Positions 18,437 through 28,482 of a stretch of DNA of 48,456 nucleotides are shown one piece after another. A program made the position numbers and the translations under genes. This stretch comes from a bacterium (GTDB lineage Bacteria > Patescibacteriota > Minisyncoccia > UBA6257 > GWB1-50-10). The number at the start of each line of letters is the position of its first letter. The first letter of the stretch is position 1. The notes beneath the pieces are model-generated. The model ran no database searches, was not told the origin of the DNA, and saw nothing but the letters and a program-made list of their open reading frames with translations. The stretch lies in contig JAUSKB010000023.1 in NCBI GenBank assembly GCA_030647415.1, positions 1-48,456 on the forward strand, in the 5' to 3' direction.

Positions 18437-18940
18437 CTACTCCGTTACCGTCAGCGTTCCCCACATGCCCATCGCGCGGTGGTTACCGACCGAGCAGTAG
18501 TATTCGAAGTTCCCTACCTTGTCCGCGGTGAAGGTTACCGTCTCCTCGGTCCCGTCTGCGAGCTGCTTCGTCCTCACGCCGAGCTCATCAATTACAAAGT
18601 CATGGAACCCACCAGCGTTCTTGAGTGTGAGGCGCACCACCGTCCCCTTTTTGACCGTGATGGCCGAGGGCGAGAACGAAAAACTCCGGCCCGTGACCGT
18701 GATGTCCTTCGTCATGCCAACCGAACCGCCAGCCGAAACCGAGGTGTCGATGCCTGCCGCCGCGTTCGCGTTGCCCGGTTGCTGCTCCGGTACCGGTGAG
18801 CCGTTTCCGGATGGAGCCGCTGCAGGCACCGCCGGCGATTCTGTCACAGCGTCCGGTGCCAGCGACGGGCGCGACAGCGCGTACCATACACCTCCCGCGA
18901 CCACCACGACCGCAACCACGATGCCGATTGTCTTGTTCAT
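18437..18940 (-). CDS. Membrane-anchored cupredoxin (plastocyanin-like) protein
   Basis: FSFSPSAITVKKG, HDF, EYYCSVGNHRAMGM type-1 copper ligands. Confidence 0.9.
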   Translation of the reverse strand: MNKTIGIVVAVVVVAGGVWYALSRPSLAPDAVTESPAVPAAAPSGNGSPVPEQQPGNANAAAGIDTSVSAGGSVGMTKDITVTGRSFSFSPSAITVKKGTVVRLTLKNAGGFHDFVIDELGVRTKQLADGTEETVTFTADKVGNFEYYCSVGNHRAMGMWGTLTVTE

Positions 18941-18998
18941 AGGTGTTTCACTATACCATACCGACCGCGCAGTCGGTAAGTTTACACGTTATACCCAG

Positions 18999-19490
18999 TT
19001 ACTGTCCCGGTGGCGCGTTCGGACGAACCTGAATTGACTGCGCCGAGATGCTGCCGTCGGCATTCGTGATCCCCTGAATGGTGAGCTCCTCGCCGACCAT
19101 AACATCGTTGAGCGTGCCTGGACGCGAGGCGAGGACCTGCGTGGAGGTCGAAATAAACACCACACGCGAGCCACCATCCCGAAGCTTCACGGTCACGCTC
19201 GAGGCATCCTTCGAGACCACCTCCCCCGCGAGGAACCCGCCTGCGGTGCCGCCACCCATTCCTGCCGCGCCACGGCCGACGAAACGCTGCCCTCCCGACT
19301 GAACGCCGTCAGTCGTTCGGGCGGGTCCGCCGGTCCCGGTGCCGCCGCCGCTCGCGCCAAGGAAACCGCCTGCGTGAAGGTTCGTTGGTACCGCGGTAAC
19401 CAACGACTTTCCGTAGCTCATGCCGGTCCAGAATCCAACCGCACCAAACACGACTGCGGCAACGACCGATGTGATAATTTGTTTTTTCAT
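18999..19490 (-). CDS. Membrane-anchored hypothetical protein (Gly-rich linker, small beta domain), last gene of ABC exporter operon
   Basis: N-terminal TM; GEVVSKDASSVTVKL...ADGSISAQSIQV. Confidence 0.8.
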   Translation of the reverse strand: MKKQIITSVVAAVVFGAVGFWTGMSYGKSLVTAVPTNLHAGGFLGASGGGTGTGGPARTTDGVQSGGQRFVGRGAAGMGGGTAGGFLAGEVVSKDASSVTVKLRDGGSRVVFISTSTQVLASRPGTLNDVMVGEELTIQGITNADGSISAQSIQVRPNAPPGQ

Positions 19491-19552
19491 GGATGTGTTG
19501 TGTTGACCTTTATCATGGCTGGAAATTAGTAATTGGTAATTAGAAATTGGAA

Positions 19553-20776
19553 CTATTCATACCGCAACGCCTCTATCGGGTTCAGCCGCGCCGCGCGGCG
19601 CGCAGGATAGTAGCCAAAAACGATGCCGATGAAAGCCGACACGCCGAATGCCAGAAGCACCGATGAGAGTGATATCGATGCCTGGATGATGTTGAAGTAG
19701 GTGAATCCGAACGCGATGAGCCAGCCGAGCGCCACACCGAGCACCCCGCCCGTTACCGTGAGTACCACTGCCTCCACGAGGAACTGGCGACTGATGTCCC
19801 GGGAGGTTGCGCCGATGGCTTTCCGGAGGCCGATTTCACGGGTCCGCTCCGTCACCGTCGTAAGCATCATGTTCATGATGCCGATACCACCCACAAGGAG
19901 CGAGATGCCCGCGACGGCGCCAAGGAAGATGGTAAGCGTGTCCGTGATGCTCGAGGCGGTCGCGAGGATATCCGCCTGGTTTAAAACGCTGAAATCGGAG
20001 AGAGTCAGGTCAGAAATGCGGTGGCGAGCGAGCAGGAGATTCGTAATCTGCGCCTGAACCTCCGCCATCGAACCCGCGTCCGCGGCCTGCACGCTCACGG
20101 TTGAGAGGTAACTGTCCCCAGCCAGGAACCGCTGCGCGCTCGTGAGCGGCACGTAAATCATGTCGTCCTGGTTGCCGAAGCCCGACCCGCCCTTTGCCTT
20201 GGTTACCCCAACGATACGAAACTCGATCTGCTTGATGCGAATGGTCTGCCCGATTGCATCCGAGCTGGAGCCGAATAGGTCGTCGCGGACGGCGGGACCG
20301 ATGACGGCGACCTTCGAGAGGCTCCGCACCTGGCTGTCGGTGATGAACATTCCCTCCCCGATTTCGACGTTCCGGACCGACGGGTAGACTGCCACCGTAC
20401 CAACAATCTGCGTATTGGTATTTTTACCCTTACTTGTCACCTGGTACCGGCCGGTGAGCTCGGGCGCGACCGCACGGACACCCGCTACCTCCGCGACAAT
20501 GGCGTCCGCATCCCCCTGCGTGAGCGTCCGCGCGGAGCCGCGGCCCGAAGAAACCGTCGTCCCGTGGCCTTGCTGTGCGCCCGGCGTGACGAGCACCAGA
20601 TTCGAACCGATGGATTCGATGCGGGCCTGAATACTACCCTGGGCTCCCTGGCCAATCGCGACCATCGCAATAACGGAGCTGATACCGATGACAATGCCAA
20701 GCACGGTGAGTCCGGACCGCGCGCGGTTGGACCACAGCACCTCGTAGGTCTCTTGGAGGATGTCAGAAAGATTCAT
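19553..20776 (-). CDS. MacB/FtsX-like ABC transporter permease
   Basis: RSGLTVLGIVIGISSV, ISLLVGGIGIMNMMLTTVTERTREIGLRKAIGA, GYYPARRAARLNPIEALRYE. Confidence 0.95.
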   Translation of the reverse strand: MNLSDILQETYEVLWSNRARSGLTVLGIVIGISSVIAMVAIGQGAQGSIQARIESIGSNLVLVTPGAQQGHGTTVSSGRGSARTLTQGDADAIVAEVAGVRAVAPELTGRYQVTSKGKNTNTQIVGTVAVYPSVRNVEIGEGMFITDSQVRSLSKVAVIGPAVRDDLFGSSSDAIGQTIRIKQIEFRIVGVTKAKGGSGFGNQDDMIYVPLTSAQRFLAGDSYLSTVSVQAADAGSMAEVQAQITNLLLARHRISDLTLSDFSVLNQADILATASSITDTLTIFLGAVAGISLLVGGIGIMNMMLTTVTERTREIGLRKAIGATSRDISRQFLVEAVVLTVTGGVLGVALGWLIAFGFTYFNIIQASISLSSVLLAFGVSAFIGIVFGYYPARRAARLNPIEALRYE

Positions 20777-20777
20777 A

Positions 20778-20925
20778 GAGTAATCGCGAATAATGCGAAT
20801 TTAACTCAAATAATGCGAATGGAATGCGCATACATTCGCATTATTACCTCTGCCATTCGCATTATTCGCAATTACTCTTTTCATTCGCATTATTACCTCT
20901 GCTATTTGCATTATTAGCGATTACT
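20778..20925. repeat. Intergenic palindromic element built from ATTCGCATT/AATGCGAAT units, copy 1
   Basis: One arm GAGTAATCGCGAATAATGCGAAT... and two tandem inverted arms. Confidence 0.85.
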
Positions 20926-21618
20926 AATACGGCGGGTGTGGTGCTTCGAATCCTCAACAATCGCCCCATCGCGGATGTGGATGATGCGCGCCGCATGCTC
21001 CGCGACGTCCTGCTCGTGCGTGATGAGCACGATGGTCCGCCCGAGGTCCCGGTTCAGGCGCTGGAAGGTCCCCAGCACGATTTCGCCCGTCTTTGTGTCG
21101 AGGTTCCCGGTCGGCTCGTCGGCGAGGATGAGCGATGGGTCGTTCACGAGCGCCCGTGCGATGGCGACGCGCTGGATCTCGCCGCCGGAGAGCTGATTCG
21201 AACGATGGTGGTATCGTTCCTCGTCCATCCCGGCGTTCTCGAGCGCCCTTCGAGCCGCCATCTCGCGCGCCTCGCCGTGGATACCCGCATAGACAAGCGG
21301 CAACATCACATTCCGGAGTACCGTCGCGCGCGGCAAGAGATTGAACGACTGGAAGACGAACCCGATCTTCCGCTTCCGAATCTCCGCAAGCTCGTCATCG
21401 GAGAATGATGAAACATCATGGCCGTCCAGCCGGTAGGTACCGGATGAGGGCGTATCGAGGCATCCGAGGATGTGCATGAGCGTCGACTTGCCGGATCCGG
21501 ACGGCCCCATAATGGCGATGAACTCGCCGTCCCGGATCGTGAAGCTCACGCCGGAGAGCGCCACCGTCTCCCCGGCGCCGCCTGTATATACCTTGGTGAC
21601 GTTCTGTACTTCGATCAT
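20914..21618 (-). CDS. ABC transporter ATP-binding protein (MacB/LolD-like)
   Basis: GPSGSGKSTL, IGFVFQSFNL, LSGGE, ADEPTGNLD; start at MIEVQNV (the longer ORF start lies inside the repeat). Confidence 0.95.
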   Translation of the reverse strand: MIEVQNVTKVYTGGAGETVALSGVSFTIRDGEFIAIMGPSGSGKSTLMHILGCLDTPSSGTYRLDGHDVSSFSDDELAEIRKRKIGFVFQSFNLLPRATVLRNVMLPLVYAGIHGEAREMAARRALENAGMDEERYHHRSNQLSGGEIQRVAIARALVNDPSLILADEPTGNLDTKTGEIVLGTFQRLNRDLGRTIVLITHEQDVAEHAARIIHIRDGAIVEDSKHHTRRISNR

Positions 21619-21619
21619 A

Positions 21620-21766
21620 GAGTAATCGCGAATAATGCGAATGTAACTCAAATAATGCGAATGAATGCGGGCTCTATTCGCATTATTACTCTGCTATTCG
21701 CATTATTCGCGATTACTCTTTTCATTCGCATTATTACTCTGCTATTCGCATTATTCGCGATTACTC
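21620..21766. repeat. Intergenic palindromic element, copy 2
   Basis: Closely similar to 20778-20925, same position relative to the downstream ATG. Confidence 0.85.
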
Positions 21767-21767
21767 C

Positions 21768-23576
21768 TTATCGGCCGAAACCGCCCCCACCGACACCACG
21801 GGTTCCGCCGCCACCCAAGAGGCTCGCGGCACTCGGCTGCGTCGTCGCCGCGCTTGTGGTCGTCGGTGCGATGGTCCGGATGACCACCACGTCCCCAACC
21901 TGAAGTCCAGAGACAATCTCGACCGCGGTGTCGCTCGAAAGTCCGATTTTAACCGTTTGCTGATTCGGTGGAACGGAAAGTGCCACACCCTGATTCGAGG
22001 TACCGCTAACAGGCATTGTCCCAGACACGACCATCACGGAATTTTGGACTCCCAGTGATTTCACGGCGGCGGCAGGAACCATCACGACATCGCTCGCTGC
22101 TTTTGCGACGATGGCGGCACTGACGCTCATACCCGACTTCACGCGATTATCCTGCGTCGCGAACCGTATCTGGACGGCATACGTCACCACACCCTGTGAA
22201 ACCGTTCCCAATGAGTCCACGCTTGATACCTCGCCGGCGACCGCGAGGTCCGGGACGGCATCAAAAGTCACGGTCGCCTTCTGGCCGACCGAAATGGCGG
22301 AAACGTCAACCTCGTTCAACGTGATCGTGGCGAGCTGCTCCCTCGTGATGAGCGTCGCGACCGCCGTGCCCGGCGAGGCGGCATCCCCCTTCTTCGCGTT
22401 CACCTTGGCGATGACACCATCGAACGGTGCCCGAACGGTGTAGTCAGTAAGTGCCATTTGAGCGTCTCGGAGCGCGTCCTCGCGCTGCTGAACTATGAGT
22501 TTTGAGGAGCGGACATCGAGCGGATCTGCGCCTGCCATGAGCTTATCGAGTGATGCGGACTTTTCCGAAATCGAACGGCCGACGCTGATAATCGAGCTCT
22601 TTGCGGACTTGATTGAGTCCTGGGCGTTCAAAAGCCCGGAGAGATGCCCATTTACGGTCCCCGTCAGGCTGTTCAAGGTCGAGAGATGCGTGTCCGCGGT
22701 TGCCGGCACCCTGAGGTTCTGCTGCGTAACGCTGTCCTTGAACCGCTGCACGAGATTCACCGCGCTCTTCACTGCGTCGGAAACGGCGATGGTCGCATCG
22801 TACGTCTGCGCCACCAGCACTTCGATGGTTGCCGGGTCGGCGGTTCGATTCGTCGCCTTGTATGCCGTGAATGCCGCCTCATACGCGGCGCGTGCAGCTT
22901 GGTATGCGGCATCCGTCTGGTTCCGAATCATCGAGCCCACCGAATCGTCGGCTGCATGGACGGCACTCGCGTAATAATCAATGTTCCACTGCGAGCCACC
23001 AGTCAAGGAGTTCGAGTGAAGTACGTCGTTTAAGCTCGACATGGCATCGGGAAGGTCCAGGTAGGTGTTGGCGGCGGCGGTGAAGGCGTCCGTGTACGCC
23101 TTCACGAGCGAGGCACTCGCGTTCACGCTCGACTCCATCGCGCTCGCGAGGGCGTGCTGGGACTGGAGGAGCGAGAGTGCGTCAGCCGGCTGCATGAGCT
23201 TTTCATAGTTCAGGTGCGCTGTTTCAAGAGCCGTCTCGGCATCCCGAACTGCTTTTTGTGCGTCTTGGGAATCTATCCGCGCGAGTATGGCGCCCGCGCG
23301 AATACTTTGCCCCGCGACAGCCGGGACGGCCGTGAGGTCGCCGGACACCTTCGGCTTGACCTCAACCTGGTTCGAGGCCGACACCTGGCCCGTACCAGTC
23401 ACGGACTGCACCACCGTGCCCGTCTCGGCGACGGCGAGGACATACCGCGTCATGGGAGCGGGAGTGATTAGTGAGGCGATTGCCCGGTATCCGCCGAACG
23501 CAACGACGACAATTATGAGCACAGAAATAGCCCTGTGACTTCGCGCGAACCCCCAGATTTTTTTGAATGGTTTCAT
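21768..23576 (-). CDS. Membrane fusion protein (MacA/HlyD-like adaptor) with long coiled coil
   Basis: SVTGTGQV, EVKPKVSG, VRAPFDGVI, LNEVDV, KSGMSV, VEIVSGLQVGD. Confidence 0.92.
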   Translation of the reverse strand: MKPFKKIWGFARSHRAISVLIIVVVAFGGYRAIASLITPAPMTRYVLAVAETGTVVQSVTGTGQVSASNQVEVKPKVSGDLTAVPAVAGQSIRAGAILARIDSQDAQKAVRDAETALETAHLNYEKLMQPADALSLLQSQHALASAMESSVNASASLVKAYTDAFTAAANTYLDLPDAMSSLNDVLHSNSLTGGSQWNIDYYASAVHAADDSVGSMIRNQTDAAYQAARAAYEAAFTAYKATNRTADPATIEVLVAQTYDATIAVSDAVKSAVNLVQRFKDSVTQQNLRVPATADTHLSTLNSLTGTVNGHLSGLLNAQDSIKSAKSSIISVGRSISEKSASLDKLMAGADPLDVRSSKLIVQQREDALRDAQMALTDYTVRAPFDGVIAKVNAKKGDAASPGTAVATLITREQLATITLNEVDVSAISVGQKATVTFDAVPDLAVAGEVSSVDSLGTVSQGVVTYAVQIRFATQDNRVKSGMSVSAAIVAKAASDVVMVPAAAVKSLGVQNSVMVVSGTMPVSGTSNQGVALSVPPNQQTVKIGLSSDTAVEIVSGLQVGDVVVIRTIAPTTTSAATTQPSAASLLGGGGTRGVGGGGFGR

Positions 23577-23633
23577 ATAAAAGTCTCGCCTGCCTCCGCC
23601 CCGGGATTCGGAGCGGAGGCGTCGAATCCACCC

Positions 23634-24107
23634 CTAGAGACCGAACCCTCCCCTCATACCCATGCCCATGCCGCCGTGGCCCCTCCGTCCTGATTTCCCG
23701 TTCTGCGTAGACAGATTAGTCTGCATGAACTGGGTCCGCTGGTCGGCCTGCGCCTGCGTGATGACACCCTTGTCAACAAGCGCTTGGAGACGCGTCTTTT
23801 GCTCAACCGCGCGGGCATCCCGGAGCTTCTGCTGCAGCTGGTCCGCCGTGATGCCGTGCGCCGCCGCGAGCTGCGCCACCGTCTGGCCCTTCGCCCATGC
23901 GTTTTTCACATCGTCAATGCTCAAACCAAGGATGCTTGCCTTATTCTGAAACATCGTCTGCTGGCGCGAGGCAGTCTCGTCTGGCGTCGCATTTGAGCCA
24001 AACATGCCGTGCGCCGATACGGTCGCCGCGCCGAAGAGCACGAGGCCGGCGATCGGAACCGTGACGGCTGCAATCCGAAATACATTCCTCTTATTCATTG
24101 CGTTCAT
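23634..24107 (-). CDS. Secreted helical hypothetical protein
   Basis: Signal peptide ending VSA|H; GQTVAQLAAAHGIT and LVDKGVITQAQAD motifs; start reassigned from 24254. Confidence 0.75.
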   Translation of the reverse strand: MNAMNKRNVFRIAAVTVPIAGLVLFGAATVSAHGMFGSNATPDETASRQQTMFQNKASILGLSIDDVKNAWAKGQTVAQLAAAHGITADQLQQKLRDARAVEQKTRLQALVDKGVITQAQADQRTQFMQTNLSTQNGKSGRRGHGGMGMGMRGGFGL

Positions 24108-24304
24108 TTGGTGCACATACGTTACAATACGTTTGACCTTTACCGGAAGCAGATCGGAGAGCTCGATTCCCTCCGTCATGAGTATTCCGTGTTGCGGGAC
24201 GCACTGTCGACCGTGCATGTCCACCGGAAATCGCTGACGGATGCGTTCGGGCAATCCTGCCTTCCGTATCCGTAGTACACCCGCTCAAGTGCAATATTTC
24301 AGAA

Positions 24305-25042
24305 TTACGGCTCCTCACCGACGAGCTCCCGGATTCCGAACGCATCGATTGCGCCGGCGTGCTCGGGGCCAAAAACAACAACGGTGTCGCCCGGTTCGAA
24401 CTCCGCGCCGAAGGGCAACCGAGTTCGTGGTCCCCTGCGGACCGTCCACTGTGTGCCCCCGGCATCCTCGATGAGAAAGCCACGCACGGATAGTGTGGTT
24501 GAACCACCTGAACCGGGACCAACGATAACACCGCGATGGACGTCCGAAAATCGCTGGGACCCGATGTCGCGGTAGAATGAACCCACCACGGGCGGCGGCG
24601 GACCGTGACGGACCATCTTAAAGACACCGCGATGGAACGGCGCCGCGACTATCCCGCCGGCGACCGCGACCACGAGAATGACCGCCAGCGTCAGGACAAG
24701 CGACGTACGGTATGCGAAGGAGTAGTGGCGGACCAGCACCTCAAGAAGCACCACGAAAACCGCGGAGAGCGCGACGAGAAGCCATGGCATGGCCCGAAAG
24801 AAGGCGAACCAACCGCTCGAGCCGAAGGCCGGTGCGAACCACGCGCCGGTCTGCCGGAGCGAAAACACCGCGAAGCTCGCGATAGAGAGGAGGGCGAGAA
24901 GGGCGAGGAGGATGCCGACGCCGACGAGCGTACCCTTCAACACGAAGTGCCAGCGCGGGCGCATGGTGATATCACCGCGCCGCGCGGCCTGGATGATGCG
25001 CTCCTTGATGGACCCGGGATCTATGGTCTTTTTTTCCTCCAT
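24305..25042 (-). CDS. Membrane protein, probable anti-sigma factor
   Basis: Three TM helices; 6 nt downstream of ECF sigma. Confidence 0.7.
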   Translation of the reverse strand: MEEKKTIDPGSIKERIIQAARRGDITMRPRWHFVLKGTLVGVGILLALLALLSIASFAVFSLRQTGAWFAPAFGSSGWFAFFRAMPWLLVALSAVFVVLLEVLVRHYSFAYRTSLVLTLAVILVVAVAGGIVAAPFHRGVFKMVRHGPPPPVVGSFYRDIGSQRFSDVHRGVIVGPGSGGSTTLSVRGFLIEDAGGTQWTVRRGPRTRLPFGAEFEPGDTVVVFGPEHAGAIDAFGIRELVGEEP

Positions 25043-25048
25043 ACGTTT

Positions 25049-25618
25049 TTATTGGAATGGCTCCACGAACTTGCGGAGCATGAGCCGGCCGCGGCGGAGC
25101 CGGACGCCAACGGTCGCGACGGGAATTTCAAGCACATCGGCAATCGCCTGGTAATCAAGCTCGTCGAAGTAAAACAGTATAAGCGGCTCACGATACTTCA
25201 CCGAAAGCTGGTCGAGCGAGCGGTCGATGAGCTGCCGCATCTCGGTACGCGCCGCTGGTCCCTCGGCCGTCTCGGCCGCCGCAAGATGCGGAAATAACGT
25301 GTCCATGTCGAACAGGGAGAACGGCTCCGGTCGCTTCCGCTTCAGAAAGTTCACCACCTCATTGTGCGCGATGCGGTAAATCCACGGCGAGAACCGCCGA
25401 TCCGTGTCAAATCCCCGTAAGTTCGTGTAGGCCTTCATGAAGACGTCCTGGAGAAGGTCGCGCGAGTCCTCGCCGTCGGACACGAACCGTCGAATGTACC
25501 GCCGGAGTTTTGCCTCGTACCGTTCAACCAGCTCGCCGAATCGCTCGGTCTCCCCCGCCTGCACTCGCTCCGCAATCGCCTCATCAGTATGACCCTGAGC
25601 GGAAATCGAATGGGTCAT
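25049..25618 (-). CDS. ECF sigma-70 family sigma factor
   Basis: DLLQDVFMKAY, FSPWIYRIAHN, YQAIADVLEIPVATVGVRLRRGR. Confidence 0.95.
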   Translation of the reverse strand: MTHSISAQGHTDEAIAERVQAGETERFGELVERYEAKLRRYIRRFVSDGEDSRDLLQDVFMKAYTNLRGFDTDRRFSPWIYRIAHNEVVNFLKRKRPEPFSLFDMDTLFPHLAAAETAEGPAARTEMRQLIDRSLDQLSVKYREPLILFYFDELDYQAIADVLEIPVATVGVRLRRGRLMLRKFVEPFQ

Positions 25619-25676
25619 GGGAGGTGGGCAGAGTCGCTCACTGGTACTACAGCCGACCGGGAGCCGCTATTTCATC

Positions 25677-25913
25677 CTAGAACCCCAGGCCAGCCCCCGA
25701 GGTGAGCGACACCGACTTGATGAATGCGGGGATGGCGAAGATGAGGCCGATGGCCGGTAGCACGATGACGGCGATGGTCACGATGAGCGTCCACTTGAAA
25801 TACTTCCGCATCTTTTCAACCGACCGGTAGATGGCGTCAAGCTTCTGCTCCTGCGCCGCGAGCCGGCCCGACACACTCGCTTCATTGCGTTCCTCCCGCC
25901 GTGTTTCATCCAT
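25677..25913 (-). CDS. Small single-pass membrane protein, hypothetical
   Basis: QEQKLDAIYRSVEKMRKYF followed by TM helix; start set by alignment with its truncated copy at 29116. Confidence 0.75.
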   Translation of the reverse strand: MDETRREERNEASVSGRLAAQEQKLDAIYRSVEKMRKYFKWTLIVTIAVIVLPAIGLIFAIPAFIKSVSLTSGAGLGF

Positions 25914-25987
25914 AATGGTAATGGTACCACAGAACAGGTTCATCCACTGCTCATGAATCAAGAACCCCGAGCTTCATATTTTTTTGT

Positions 25988-26015
25988 TTGACGTGATTGG
26001 TTATTTGTATAGAAT
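25988..26015 (+). promoter_or_regulatory. Sigma-70-like promoter of the ATP-grasp island
   Basis: TTGACG-16-TAGAAT upstream of SD GAGGA and GTG start. Confidence 0.55.
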
Positions 26016-26054
26016 ACAGGTAGTATTCGGACTTTAACAAAATGAGGATAAAAC

Positions 26055-27056
26055 GTGAAAATCTTGATTCTTTACAACGTGGCTAGGCAGTTGAAAAAGG
26101 GAATTGAAACTGATCTGGTCTGCGAGCAGGAAATTACCATTATCGTCCCGTTGGTCAAAAGGTTTCTCCAAAAAAATGGCTATTCGGTCCAGACGATGGA
26201 AACCGATTTCAACCTGTGGGAGAAGCTGAAGAGGAAAAAGAAGTCAGTTGACATCGTTCTGAATCTCGCCGAGGCGTTCGGAGGCGGCAATACCAACGAA
26301 ACGTTAGTTCCTGAAATGCTGGAGGCACTGGAAATTCCATTTACTGGGGCGTCGGCCCATAATATGCATCTTACTCTCGACAAAGAGAAAACCAAACTCG
26401 TCTTGGCATATTATGGCGTGCCCATACCAAAACATCAGGTATTCCGCCATCCGGAAGAGAATCTGGCCTCTGGTTTGATGTTTCCCCTGATCGTCAAACC
26501 AATCCGTGAAGAGGCGAGTATCGGCATCTATCGCGACAGCGTTGTATCCTCAAGGAAACAACTTCGCGTGAAGGTACAAACGGTCTTGAAAAACTACCGC
26601 CAACCAGCTCTGGTAGAAGAATTCATCAAGGGAAGGGAAATTTCGGTTGGTATGATTGGGAATGCTTTCGACTTCATCATTTTTCCTCCATTGGAATTCA
26701 TCTTTTCGGAAGCACAATCTCCGCTTGAACAGATTCGTTCTTACGAATACAAGTGGGGAGGCAAGAGGGAGCAAATGACCCGGGCATCCTTGCCAAGAAA
26801 AACAGTAAGGAAACTGGAGGAATACACCAGGATCGCCTACAAAGTCACTGAGTGCAGGGATTATGCGAGAATGGATTATCGCCTGGATGATGCAGGGAAT
26901 ATTTACCTCTTGGAGGTAAACTACAACCCGGGCATCGGGCCGAATACTCATGGCCTGAATAACACGCTTACTATGATGGCGAGCTTCGTGGGTATTAGTT
27001 TTGAGGATTTGGTCGAGAAGATCATTTCAATCGCTCACAAGAGATATCAGTCCTGA
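26055..27056 (+). CDS. D-Ala-D-Ala ligase-like ATP-grasp enzyme
   Basis: LEIPFTGA, LDKEKTK, PLIVKP, LVEEFIKGREISV, ARMDYR, LEVNYNPG. Confidence 0.85.
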   Translation: MKILILYNVARQLKKGIETDLVCEQEITIIVPLVKRFLQKNGYSVQTMETDFNLWEKLKRKKKSVDIVLNLAEAFGGGNTNETLVPEMLEALEIPFTGASAHNMHLTLDKEKTKLVLAYYGVPIPKHQVFRHPEENLASGLMFPLIVKPIREEASIGIYRDSVVSSRKQLRVKVQTVLKNYRQPALVEEFIKGREISVGMIGNAFDFIIFPPLEFIFSEAQSPLEQIRSYEYKWGGKREQMTRASLPRKTVRKLEEYTRIAYKVTECRDYARMDYRLDDAGNIYLLEVNYNPGIGPNTHGLNNTLTMMASFVGISFEDLVEKIISIAHKRYQS

Positions 27057-27081
27057 AAAACTACCAAGAAAGGAGGGATGT

Positions 27082-28425
27082 ATGATGATCAAGGCAATTC
27101 TGATTGCTAACACCGCAGAAGCCTTCAAAGAGATTTTGGGCAAAGATAGCCACACCAGACGGGGCAAAGAGAGAATCAATCATGAACTCACGCTTTCTCA
27201 GAGGGCGTTCTTCTGGGAAAGCGACAACAAGATTGTCGTCACACCCTACCCGATTCCTTCAGTACTCTTGGAGGCAAATAAAAGGGCGTTGGGATTTGGT
27301 AATGTGGTCAATCTGGCTCCCACAAGTGGAAGTGTTAACCTCTGCTCATCGGTCTTGGGGGATAGAAAACTTCTGAGATTGATCGCCGGAGAAATAAGGA
27401 AAAGCCGGTGCGTGGCCGTGTCTCCGTATGCCGTGACGCAGGATTTTTTGCAACTGGTTGCTGGACTCAAAGGATTAGGTCTGCAGTTTGTGGTGGAAGA
27501 GAAACCCGCAGACGCCTCTCTGTGGATCGTTTCTTATTTAGACTCCAAAGCAGGATTTCGCACAGAGATGCTGAAATTGCGGTCTGAACACGTAGAAGTG
27601 AAAGTCCCAGAGGGGTTTGTTGCACAAAATGTAGCGGAAGCTCAACGGATGGCGGAGTGGTTCTACAAAAGTGGCCGGTCGTTAGTGTTGAAGGCAAACT
27701 TCGGAGAGTCCGGGTGGGGAATAAAAATTATTCGAGAAGAAGAATACACCTCGCTCCCTGCTTTCCGAAAAGCATTTGCCACGATACTGAAGAATGATGT
27801 CATTTGGCAAAACACCAGCATTGTGGTTGAGGAGTTTGTAGATCCCGACACTGAAGTTGCCGGAGGATCTCCTTCAACTGAAATGTTAGTTACCGAACAG
27901 GGAGCTTTATTCCTCTATCACTGCGGCCAAGTGGTCAACGATGCCGGCGCATTTTTCGGAGTAGAGATTGGAAGGGGCGCACTTTCCAATTCTCTTTCAA
28001 GAAAACTGCTTGTTATCGGAAACATCATCGGTAAGCGATACTGGGAACTGGGCTATCGTGGATATTTCGACATCGATTTCATCATTTCAAAAACCGGTGA
28101 AATTTTTGTTGCAGAGACCAATACAAGGAGAACCGGCGGCACTCACGTCTATGACGCTGCAAGGCATCTCTTCGGTGGAGAATATGAAAAAGAAGCATAT
28201 CTGCTGTCTCATGATTCATTTCTCTACCACAGGAAAAGAATGTTGCCTGAGGAGCTTCTAGAGAAACTCAAGGTGATACTTTATCCTATTAAAGGAGAGA
28301 AGAAGGGTGTGATTATTACTCTAATCAGTGAATGGAGTCCGGTATTAGGGTATATCATCATTGCCTCAAACCGTTCCGAGGGCCAGAAAATGCAGCGACG
28401 GTTGCTCAGTATTTTCGACAGGTGA
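27082..28425 (+). CDS. ATP-grasp enzyme (peptide-ligase-like)
   Basis: LDSKAGFR, VLKANFGESGWG, IVVEEF, GYRGYFDIDF, ETNTRRTGG; SD AGGAGG before ATG 27082. Confidence 0.75.
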   Translation: MMIKAILIANTAEAFKEILGKDSHTRRGKERINHELTLSQRAFFWESDNKIVVTPYPIPSVLLEANKRALGFGNVVNLAPTSGSVNLCSSVLGDRKLLRLIAGEIRKSRCVAVSPYAVTQDFLQLVAGLKGLGLQFVVEEKPADASLWIVSYLDSKAGFRTEMLKLRSEHVEVKVPEGFVAQNVAEAQRMAEWFYKSGRSLVLKANFGESGWGIKIIREEEYTSLPAFRKAFATILKNDVIWQNTSIVVEEFVDPDTEVAGGSPSTEMLVTEQGALFLYHCGQVVNDAGAFFGVEIGRGALSNSLSRKLLVIGNIIGKRYWELGYRGYFDIDFIISKTGEIFVAETNTRRTGGTHVYDAARHLFGGEYEKEAYLLSHDSFLYHRKRMLPEELLEKLKVILYPIKGEKKGVIITLISEWSPVLGYIIIASNRSEGQKMQRRLLSIFDR

Positions 28426-28482
28426 TTGAATTGATTCTAGTTACAAAACGGGTTACACTTCGCGGTGTAGCCCGTTTTTTAT

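Noticed and set aside
20778-21766. CRISPR array suggested by recurring ATTCGCATTATT units
   Set aside because: No constant repeat with unique 30-40-nt spacers; units form inverted arms; no cas genes
26055-27056. Calling this ddl or a van resistance ligase
   Set aside because: Lacks the N-terminal GGxSxE motif; no van or mur genes nearby
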